Source: Calcarisporiella thermophila CBS 279.70
Lineage: Eukaryota; Fungi; Calcarisporiellomycota
Direction of reading: 5' to 3'
DNA length: 64,000 nucleotides
NCBI RefSeq assembly: GCF_041956535.1
Contig: NW_027192201.1
Location: 826,266-890,265, forward strand
A program made the translations under genes and the position numbers. The notes under the pieces are model-generated. The model ran no database searches, was not told where the DNA came from, and saw only the letters and a list, made by a program, of their open reading frames with translations. Positions 54,029-64,000 of the stretch are shown here, one piece after another; the stretch's first letter is position 1; every line of letters begins with the position of its first letter.

Positions 54029-54934
54029 CGGATGAGGTTGGGCTAAGTGAAGGGCTAAAATCCCTTGTGAATATATGCTTGAGAGATGTTTTGGAGGCGG
54101 GTCCAACCCTGGTCGATCATTTTGACCAGTAAGCAGACGCAATTCCATACTTGATTTTTGCCAAATTGAGGATTGAACAATTTGAAAATTTGATACAGAT
54201 CTAGTAGAAATTTATTATCACATCGCGGATGAGGTTGGGCTAAATGAAGGGCTAAAATNNNNNNNNNNNNNNNNNNNNNNNNNNNNNNNNNNNNNNNNNN
54301 NNNNNNNNNNNNNNNNNNNNNNNNNNNNNNNNNNNNNNNNNNNNNNNNNNNNNNNNNNNNNNNNNNNNNNNNNNNNNNNNNNNNNNNNNNNNNNNNNNNN
54401 NNNNNNNNNNNNNNNNNNNNNNNNNNNNNNNNNNNNNNNNNNNNNNNNNNNNNNNNNNNNNNNNNNNNNNNNNNNNNNNNNNNNNNNNNNNNNNNNNNNN
54501 NNNNNNNNNNNNNNNNNNNNNNNNNNNNNNNNNNNNNNNNNNNNNNNNNNNNNNNNNNNNNNNNNNNNNNNNNNNNNNNNNNNNNNNNNNNNNNNNNNNN
54601 NNNNNNNNNNNNNNNNNNNNNNNNNNNNNNNNNNNNNNNNNNNNNNNNNNNNNNNNNNNNNNNNNNNNNNNNNNNNNATACAGATCTAGTGAAATTTATT
54701 ATCACATCGCGGATGAGGTTGGGCTAAATGAAGGGCTAAAATCCCTTGTGAATATATGCTTGAGAGATTATGTTTTGGAGGCGGGTCCAACCCTGGTCGA
54801 CCATTTCGATCAGTAAGCAGACGCAATTCCATACTTGATTTTTGCCAAGTTGAGGATTGAACAATTTGAAAATTTGATACAGATCTAGTAAAATTTATTA
54901 TCACATCGCGGATGAGGTTGGGCTAATGAAGGGC
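54029..54934. repeat. Tandem ~197-199-bp repeat array spanning an assembly gap
   Basis: Unit starts (CGGATGAGGTTGGGCTAA) at 54029, 54226, 54710 and 54909. Copies differ by a few substitutions and indels. Confidence 0.9.
54259..54677. other. Assembly gap (419 N)
   Basis: Run of N. Confidence 1.
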
Positions 54935-55804
54935 GCCAGTGAGCTTGAGACTGTTGCTATGTCTCAAGCTTATTTGCGATATTACGATAGCTAATTCTCT
55001 TTGAGAATGTGTATGTAAATATTCTAGTCCACATGTATCGATATGCAAATAATTTGATTATATAAGAGGCAAATATGAAAAGGGGTATGCAAACCAAATG
55101 TTTTCAAATAAAATATATTCGAAAGAATATGAAATAATATCTTTAGTATCTATGTGGTAGAGTTTTAAACCTCGAATATCAGCATATTGTTAAAAATTCA
55201 ATATCAGTATATGGAAATTGCTCGCGCTAAAAACGAAATCTTCGGATCGGGATTAATGCCGGTGACTAAATTGTAAGGATTATGAAAAGTAGAAGCTTCG
55301 ATGCATTCTGTGAAATCTTCAAACTCCTAACAATGGATTAGACTTTCCCCAGCAGAGTTAAAATGTATGATCGCAAAACAATTTTAAAATTGCAACACCT
55401 TTTCTTTCAAATTTAGATTTCAGATAATAACAATAATATATACTTGCTTGAGTATGGCACTATGAATTATAAGTCTAGAATTGAAAATGGATACAATATA
55501 GTATATAAGCGTAGTGTATGAGAATTGAATATTTTTTGAAAGACTTGTAACTAATTTTCCCAGTCAACCAAATGGAAAGTTAAAAAATAAAATATTGCAT
55601 AGGGGGTGGTTAAGATACAAGCCACCGCAGTCTAATTTGTTTTGACATCACTTAGAATCAGTAAGCCCTATTCCTAATCAGTTATATAGTGTGACGATGC
55701 TTATTAAGCTTATCCATATAAAAGTTGGCCAATCTTTCCAATTACTTTATAAAGTTTTTTCGACTTCATCTCTACTATATTCCAATTTACCATTTTCAAA
55801 AAAT

Positions 55805-56584
55805 ATGAGTATGTATCTCTGTCCTTTTTTTTATATATATATTGAGTCGTTGAGCTTTATGTTTTTATAGCTGTTCAAATCCAGAAACCTGCACCATTCT
55901 TCAAGGGGACAGCTGTTGTCGATGGAGAGTTCAAGACCATCTCAATTGACGACTTCAAGGGAAAATACCTCGTACTATTTTTCTATCCGCTCGACTTTAC
56001 CTTTGTATGTCCCACCGAGATTGTAGCTTTTTCAGATGCAATTGATGAGTTCAAGAAACGAGACGTTAATGTTGTTGCATGTTCTGTTGATTCGGAATTC
56101 TCCCATCTCGCATGGTACGTAGCTTTAGATTGTGCTAGGCTGTCCACTAAACCAGTGTTGCTCACTAACGCGTCTCCCTTCTTAGGATTAATACTCCACG
56201 CAAACAAGGTGGCCTTGGAGATATGAACATACCAATCCTATCGGATATCACGAAAAGGGTATCGCGCGATTATGGCGTACTTCTTGAAGATTCGGGTGTG
56301 GCACTTCGTGGTCTATTCATCATCGATCAAAATAGCATTGTCCGCCAAGTAACCATCAACGATTTGCCAGTGGGACGTAATGTTCAAGAAGTGTTGCGAT
56401 TAATAGACGCATTTAAATTTAGTATGTGAATTTTATCGATTTTACTTAATTTCAAAATCACTCACAACTTTACATTACAGCTGACGAGTATGGTGAAGTT
56501 TGTCCAGCCAACTGGAATGCTTGGAGCGCAACTATGAAGGCAGACACCAAAGACTCGAAAGAGTATTTTGCAAAACACGCCTAA
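55805..56584 (+). CDS. Typical 2-Cys peroxiredoxin (TSA1/Prx1 family), 4 exons
   Basis: [26 protein letters not shown] and C-terminal EYF. The first coding exon is only ATGA. Confidence 0.96.
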
Positions 56585-56736
56585 TTTTTTTTTTTTAAAA
56601 AAAACTAGTATAGATCTTCAACACATTTTGAGCAATATCAATTTAGATTATTCATAGATTTTATATTAAATACAGTCCGGTAAATAAACCGTCCTGCTTG
56701 ATATCTCGGATAGTATGAATTACTTTTGCCCTTTCC

Positions 56737-58421
56737 ATGAGAAAGTTCAAGAACACACATTACTTGAGAAATTTTCTTACTCATCAACGCCTACTTTATT
56801 CCACGAAAGCTAATCGTTTGATAAGCATTACACAACACGTACGTCGTCCATGGCATGGTTGGAAACCGCTATCAGTTGTAGTTTCAACGCATAACACTCA
56901 AATCATTCATCCAACATCCAATGAACAAGGGCCTTTCTTCAAGCGTTGGCGTGTGAAGGAGGGAATATCTGCTGCCTTTTTACCTAAAAATTACCAGACA
57001 TCGGTTACACCTGAATATTGGGGATTTACACGATGGCAATTTATACAAAATGTTACTGGGGCTCTTACTGGGGGTAATATAAAATACCTTCGTTATAAAA
57101 AGTCAGCTAATGTTTACACGATATCACTAGTCCTTTCTACTCAATCTTTGCTGTATGCCATTGGACTTGGGGTTGGGTCAATACCTGTAAATTTCAAATA
57201 CCCGATTGCTTGTTTTAAAATTTGGTACTTAGTGAGAGATATAAACATAGCTTGCTGCTACATTGAACTGGGTTATACGCGACGGCCTCGGTCAACTTGG
57301 AGGCGTGATATATGCATCTTTCATTAGTGACCGATTCGATTCTGAGCCCAAGAGATACAGATTTCATGCAAGCATCGCAATGCAGCTAGCTAGTTTGTTA
57401 GAGATGCTTACACCTCTGTGGCCAGGTGCATTTTTACCTCTAGCTTCTATCTCGAATATAGGTAAATGCTTTCATATGGTAAAATAGAATTAATAACAGT
57501 ATAGATTAAATATTTAATTATATTTTAGCTAAAAACATGGCTTGGATTGCTAGTTCGGCAACGAGAGCTCAAATGCACAAGTCATTTATGCTGCGAGACA
57601 AGTTAGTTTATTTATTCTTCTTTGCATTTTTCGTGTCCTAATGAATTAAATAAAATAGTTTGGGAGATATTACAGGAAAGGCAGGATCACAGAGTACAGC
57701 TGCTGGTCTCATTGGTACAGGCTTTGGCATCCTGATTAGCGCTGCTATAACCACTACCTCATCACTTCCCATTTTCTGCCATAGCGCATTTACTTCTCAA
57801 CCACTAACTGGTCTTTTTACCGCATTCTTACCCTTCTCAGTCCTCACGCTTTACGCCAACTATAAATCCAGCCTATATGTGATTACCCCAACTCTGAATA
57901 TAACTCGTGCCGAGTTAGTATTTTGGCAAGTTTTAACGCATTTTTCACCTACAAAAAGAGTTTTGAATGCCAAAGAGATGGAGCAAATTATTCCGGAGCC
58001 GCGTGAGATTGCAATGACTGAACCTTTTATCAAATCTTTTCGCACACCCTTTCCTGTTCCAATTCGTGTTCAACCCCCTTTGGATATAACTCCTTCCGTA
58101 TCAGAACTAACAAGTATACTTCTTCAACAAACATTCTCTGAACCCGAACACTATTACATCCACTCTACGTCTCATGAAGTTCGGATATGGTATGATGATC
58201 ATGCATCCTCGTCTGATCTGGTTAAAGGGTTTTTCCACGCTTGTGTGATAAGAGTTTGGGGTTGCAGGAATAATTGTGAAGAGCAAATGAAAGAGCTTCA
58301 TAGATGGGTTAATAGTGTATATCCAATGATAGAGCATGGTCTCGTGGTAAGAAAATGGGATTTATATACACTCTTTCTGATAGAAAATGAACAAGGCAGA
58401 TTACTTGTAAAAGAACTCTAA
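56737..58421 (+). CDS. RUS1/DUF647 family protein (RUSF1-like)
   Basis: FLPKNYQTSVTPEY, VLSTQSLLYAIGLG, LNWVIRDGLGQLGG, FDSEPKRYRF and GDITGKAGSQ. Confidence 0.9.
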
Positions 58422-58576
58422 TTAATAAGTGGTATTTATAATCCCTACCTTATAATCCCCAGATTATTGTAAAACTATGGCTTTCGTTAAAAGAATAATT
58501 TTTTAATAAGTTCACAACTCTGTTGTGCATAATAACATAGGTAAAAAAAGAATAAAAAATACAAGAATATATTATT

Positions 58577-59274
58577 TCAATCTGACTCTCGTTCATTCTG
58601 TCTGAAATTCTTCTTCCCAACATTCCAAGGCACATAACGGTACTTGATCATATGTTGAATCTGCCGTCTCATTGTGACCACAAAAAGAAGGATAAAGTAC
58701 ATTAATAAGATAGGCCAAAGTACTGGCACATTAAATGCTTCAAAGCAAGAGCAAAATGTTGCAACAAGTATGGCTCTTGTTGACCAATACCTAAAAAAAA
58801 AAAAAGATAATCAAAAAATTAGAACATACATCTCATTCAAGTATGTATAAAATGGTTACCAAAACTTGAATTCAGGTAATCGCCTAATAAAGGGCCTAAA
58901 TTCTTCATCTGCCTTGGTAGGAAGTGTGGGTCCCTCTTCATCTTCCTCCTCTTGCTCCAGTGCTGGATCAATTTTCGGTTGAAGGAAGGCTATCAGCAAG
59001 TTCAAGAGATAAATACCAAGTGCGTAGGCAACTAGATACCATCCTTGAGCTAGAACAACACGTAGCATGAAGGCGAATAATAATGCACCAGTTGTTATCC
59101 ATCGGGATTTGGTGAAAGGGGTAAGTCGATCAAGAAGAGTTTGCCATCTCTAGAGATGCGGAAATTTAACGAAGAAAAAATGTAGATTCTGAGGAGGAGA
59201 AGCCTTACCACGCTCAGATTGTGAAACAAAGAGTCAGATGACGACGACGATGATGATGTTGACGGTGCTTCCAT
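58577..59274 (-). CDS. RER1: Golgi-to-ER retrieval receptor RER1, 3 exons
   Basis: QGWYLVAYALGIYLLNL, DEEFRPFIRRLPEFKFW and TMRRQIQHMIKYRYVPW. Confidence 0.96.
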
Positions 59275-59570
59275 AATCTGTTTGTCTAATCAACCACAGA
59301 GCTAAAGCTGAAATTGCTTGTTTAAATGCCGACATTACATATTAGGGGAATATGGATCAATTCGAATCATTTATATTGACAATTGAAGCTCAATCTGGGA
59401 GGTATTTAACTGGATTGAGTGAATTGTAAAAACAAGTTTAGTACACAAATCGCATTAGAAGGCATCGAAATATTAGTAACTGATAAAATTTACAGACACT
59501 TCAACAGAATCAAGATACCCCTTCTTGATTTCTAAACTCTATCGAATTCAGGTAAATGTTAATACTCTTA

Positions 59571-59616
59571 AAAAATGAATAAAACCCCTTCAATGGAAGG
59601 GGTTTTATTCATTTTT
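59571..59616. repeat. Perfect 21-bp inverted repeat with 4-nt loop
   Basis: AAAAATGAATAAAACCCCTTC-aatg-GAAGGGGTTTTATTCATTTTT. Confidence 0.95.
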
Positions 59617-60300
59617 CAATAATGTAGTTTAAGCAACACTTTTATCCCATATTTCTAGATATCTTCTCCGACTTGAGATTTCGACATTTACAAAACAGAA
59701 ATATACAATGGCAACACACTCAGAAACACTTGGGAAAGTGGAGCAAGTTTTTCTATTTGAAATATAGCAAAATAAAGACAACTACATTATTATGCGTGAA
59801 ATTACCAACTTGGCTACGACTAATGGATAAAATCTTTGAAAACATCCCAAGAAAAAATGCCACTCGAAGTTTATGTATATATCATAGATTGATATTGTTA
59901 TTGAATAAATGTTCTGAAAACCACTATCTAGCAATGAGGTAAAATAAAGTGTAAAGGCTAATATGACTGGATTATTGAGGAGATATTCGAGAAAGCAATT
60001 CAGTAATAGCCATTATTTTACAGTGAAGTTGTTTCATTAAGTGTATAAGCTAGTTGACTGTGGAGGAAGGAATATTGATTACGATATCATGGAGAGTAAG
60101 TAAACATTCAATTGAATCGGCATGGTAAGTAGAGAGAAAATATTATTCTAACGATACATTATCCAGTTCAAAGATTTATTGCCAGAATCACTCCCAATTA
60201 TCCAAAATTTAATCTTCATTAGGAATATAACTAACCTAACCTAATTGAATAAACATCAATTGACTCGAGTAAAACACGTATTCATATAAATCCCAAAAAA

Positions 60301-63148
60301 ATGTTAACAGATGCGTTAGAAACAGCGAGTCACCCAGAGGTGATCTATCTCGATGAGGCACCTATCCAATATCAGCCCATAGAACAATGGGCAAAAGGCA
60401 ATAGGCTGTGGCAAGCTAGATTTCATCCCGTTTCGACTTCGACTCTTGTATGTTTTGTAGGGGGTAAGATTCCAACGAAAAATAAGGTAGCTACACCGAC
60501 ATTTAGTTTGGTTATTAAAAAAGCTAATTAGATCTTTCATGTAGTCTGGCATTGTCGAAGGTGATAGGAATTTATATTTTCAGAGTCATAATGTATTAAC
60601 CAGTGAAATGAGAATGGTAAGTTTTATATAGTTGAAGTACAGTTCCGCATATTTCTTAACATTTAGCATTTCTCTAGCTGGTGCGCGATACCCATGGGAT
60701 ATTCTGCTCGTCTCAAACGCTTAAAGATTCTTCACAGCAAAATATTGTGGAGAGTTCCGAATCACTATTAAAGATTGCAAATTTATATCGCCAGGCTCTT
60801 TTTAGAGGATGGAGATTAGCGAAGGTATGGAAAATGTACTATTAGAGTTGAGAAAAGAGAAAAGCATTTAGATCTCAATGTATTTAGGATTACACCAAAG
60901 TAACAATGCAGAGTATGCATGCCTTATGGCATATATGCGAAATCATATTCTTTGCGTCGAACCGAACCGCTCCAGTTTCTGAGGAAATTGTTGACTGGCT
61001 AAATCTCAATTATGAGAGTAAATATATGACTACAATTTTCTAGTAGATACATCTTATAGATTTCTAATTATCATAAATAGTTGAAAAGCGAGATGATATA
61101 GTTAACTCGAGTAGGCCCTCAGAACATCCCGATTTTTGGCGATATGTTTCCAGGTAAAACACTCTTTTAGAGAAAGTTACGCGTTAGTACATATACTGAT
61201 GTATTTTTATCAGACTCACTCTACGAGGATATGCATCGGCTTCAACAAATCTCTTAAAACTGTTACTTAAAGAGAATTTATCGCGAACTTTAGAGAACAG
61301 TGTCAATAATGCAATCAGACTTATTAATGCAATGCCAAGACGTAAAGCATTTGCTCACGATCAAGATTTTTTGAATCGATGGAGAAATTGGCGCGAAGAT
61401 GTCAAGTAAAATACATATTTTACACGTAAAATTGAAATAACTTTGAATCTAGATAAATCCAATCTAGGAATATTCACTTCCCCCATGACCACAAGCACGA
61501 ATCGTTGATTAGATTGATGAAAATGTTGTCGGGTGATGAGCTTATTATATCAAAAACATGCGAGACGTGGCAAGAGGCCTTTTCCTCGCTTCTTTTGTTT
61601 TGCCATCCTACCGTAGATCGCACCGATTTAGAGTAAGCAAATAATTTTTTATGATATTGGTGTTTCTGCGTTATCCATAAATATCCTAACATTTCTGATT
61701 TAGACACATCCTCGATCTAACTTTTCACGAACATCCCATTAATGAGAATAGCGCTGTAGAGCAAGCGTTGGTTTCATTTATAAATAATGACGCTGAAACG
61801 GTATTACATATAAACTTTCAATTCAAGTCTTAGCTTGACTTTTGACATTAAAATTTTATCTGTTGCAATCAGGGTATTAAACATTGCACAAAACTAAGCT
61901 GGTGGCTTTCTGCGCACCTAGTCGACCTCCTGGTGAAAGCAAGACGAGTGATATTAAATACGGAAGGGTATTCTTAGTTACAAGTTAAAATTTTGGACAA
62001 TTCTTTAATTGTATGACTGATTTACTTTTTTTTTTTTAGTTATGACGTCGATGTTCGAGAATATATTATTTTGAATTACGTCGAAACATTGATGGCAGAT
62101 CCTAGCTTATGGCGGGTATCTTTGGACTACTTAGCAACCTGCCAAGTTCTAGGGAGAGAATACATGTCAGAGGTATGTAATATTATCAAGATATAGAGAC
62201 ATGCTGAGTGATTAAATTTTGTATAAAACAAGCTGGTCATACGAGTACCACTGGAGTCGGAGCGCAAAGCTCAAAAAATTCTTGAGGCCTGTAAAACATT
62301 TGAATTGGACGAGCAATATCATGTCATCTGCCGGGTATACATATCCATGTTTGCACTTGTATAGCTCTGCCAATTAATCCTCAATCATTTTATAGCTTGT
62401 AGCATCCCAAAAGTATAGAAACAAAAGCTACGGGTCTGCAATAGCATACAATATTAAGGCAAAAGAATTCAAGAGAGTCTCCCTTATAGCGGATCAATTA
62501 TTGGCAGATTTTTGCAAAAATAGTGTGTATTTAACCTCTATGTCATAGTGTTTTAACACCTCTAAAATATTCTCACCACTCCTAGATGAGTTTAATTTCT
62601 CGGACATTATTGACAGCATTGGAAGAGATATTGCCTGTAGCGATCGTCTAGTTTTTTTACAGCGCTATCGGGAACTGACTGAACTCTTTAACGTAAATAC
62701 GAAATTTAATTATTATCTATCCTTCCCAATTAACCATAATTGCTTTGCAGTCTAAAAAATCTGAAGAGGCTGCAAAACTACTTGTATTATTACTTTCGTC
62801 AAACATAGCTCCGAAAACATTCTGGGCTTCATTATTGGTAGATGCTACAGTGCTTTTGGAGGGTAAAGAATTAGGTCACTTATTTTACAATTATCCATTT
62901 ACTCATATACGAATAACATAGGTCAAAAAGTTGTCTTCGACGCTGAAGATACTTTTGAGCTAATGCGGTGTCTCCAAGAAATTACTTCTTCACATCGTAA
63001 AGAAGAATATTATGCATGTCTTCCAAGTTTTGGCCAACATTTAGATGCTGCTGAAAAACAGCTCAACGTTGTTCGACTTGCTTTAGTACGAAATTTGGCG
63101 CGATCATTGATGGCTTATGATGAAACACAATATATGGGACGGGAATAA
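60301..63148 (+). CDS. NUP85: Nucleoporin Nup85, many short exons
   Basis: Exon peptides MHALWHICEIIFF, EEIVDWL, PSEHPDFW, WWLSAHLVDLL, SLWRVSLDYL, APKTFW and VRLALVRNLARS. Confidence 0.88.
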
Positions 63149-63521
63149 TGTTGAAAAACCAACCTAGTTAAAAAATAATAAATAGGAAGATTGTATACTG
63201 ATTTCAAGATGTTAACTGAGATTTCATCAATCTGCCTGGAATTCTACAAATGCACCTCTTGCTTTCTGACCATATATGCATACATTTTCAGAGATATCCA
63301 GTGATTAAATTGTTAGTTAACTTCGAATTTTCAGTGAAAATTGTTGAGAGAGTTAAATATGTTAGAGGAAGTTAAAATACCAAAAAAAAAATGTTCAAAT
63401 TACATTTCTGTCATTCTAGGATATCAACATCTAAGCATATCTCTTAGTTAAATGATAGTGTGTGTTAAAATTGAGGAATAGATATAATAGAATTTCCTTG
63501 ATGAATTTTTAAAATTTTTTT

Positions 63522-63594
63522 CGATCGTACCAGGGGTCGAACCTGGAATCTCCTGATTCGTAGTCAGGCGCCTTATCCATTTGGCCATACGACC
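63522..63594 (-). tRNA. tRNA-Arg (anticodon ACG), intronless
   Basis: GGTCGTA/TACGATC acceptor stem, anticodon arm CCTGA-CTACGAA-TCAGG and T-loop GGTTCGACCC. Confidence 0.96.
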
Positions 63595-63725
63595 TGTCAC
63601 GAAATGTTACGAGATAATTGGTTTTTGTATGGGGAAGTCACAGAGGCAGTCACATAGACATTCAGAAAGCGCGATATCTTTCAAGTAGAGCAGCCAATGG
63701 AATTGATTACCGCTACGTTGCCGAC

Positions 63726-63759
63726 CCCTCGTGGTTACTCGCCGCCCTCGTGGTTACTC
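63726..63759. repeat. 15-bp direct repeat CCCTCGTGGTTACTC x2
   Basis: Copies at 63726-63740 and 63745-63759. Confidence 0.8.
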
Positions 63760-64000
63760 TTATACTCCCTCATGGCTATCTTATTGATGTTGATTGATAC
63801 TTTGTTGTCTTATCTATCTCATCTTTGAACACCAGTGAGAATTATTCTCCTTTGATCACAATTCTATTTAAACCCTTCGGTTTATTTTAATGTTCAACAC
63901 CAATTCCCTGAATAATTAAGACCAATCTCTTATTTTTATTATTAAGATCCGGAAACCCCTCCACACAAACCTCCTTTCGCCCGTAACTTTTTTTTTTTTG

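Noticed and set aside
54055-54904. ORFs 54055..54705 and 54686..54904
   Set aside because: Artefacts of the N gap and of the repeat units.
54029-54934. Hammerhead ribozyme/retrozyme or CRISPR interpretation of the tandem repeat
   Set aside because: CGGATGAG resembles CUGAUGAG but U4 is missing and no correctly placed GAAA or helices were found on either strand. There are no unique spacers, so it is not CRISPR.
55805-56584. Selenocysteine-containing peroxiredoxin
   Set aside because: Both catalytic positions are TGT (Cys); there is no in-frame TGA.

Overview
Gene-dense eukaryotic DNA with short GT-AG introns, most likely from an early-diverging fungus (inferred from Zn2Cys6 and Gti1/Pac2 factors together with an NF1-like RasGAP, YANK kinase and RUS1). 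About 1-37.5 kb and 55.8-64 kb hold housekeeping genes: AVT1-like transporter, YANK/STK32 kinase, sphingosine kinase, neurofibromin/Ira, CreC, PP2A-C, PhoD-like phosphatase, PAM18, mitochondrial S15, Gti1/Pac2, PRP5, fumarase, Rab escort protein, peroxiredoxin, RUS1, RER1, NUP85 and tRNA-Arg(ACG). Between them lies an ~18 kb accessory island with long AT-rich spacers. It carries a secreted 8-Cys helical-hairpin-type peptide, a probable decayed transcription factor, and a divergent pair: a Cys-nucleophile alpha/beta hydrolase and an unusual two-domain FAD oxidase. A secreted variant amidase, a Zn2Cys6 regulator and an intronless bacterial-like SDR with ~198-bp tandem repeats in its promoter follow. 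The best candidate for an undescribed system is the hydrolase/oxidase pair. It looks like a rearranged 'cholesterol-oxidase-like' GMC + middle domain + hydrolase module in which an ALO/VAO-type oxidase replaces the GMC oxidase. All family assignments come from motif recognition by eye; no searches were run.
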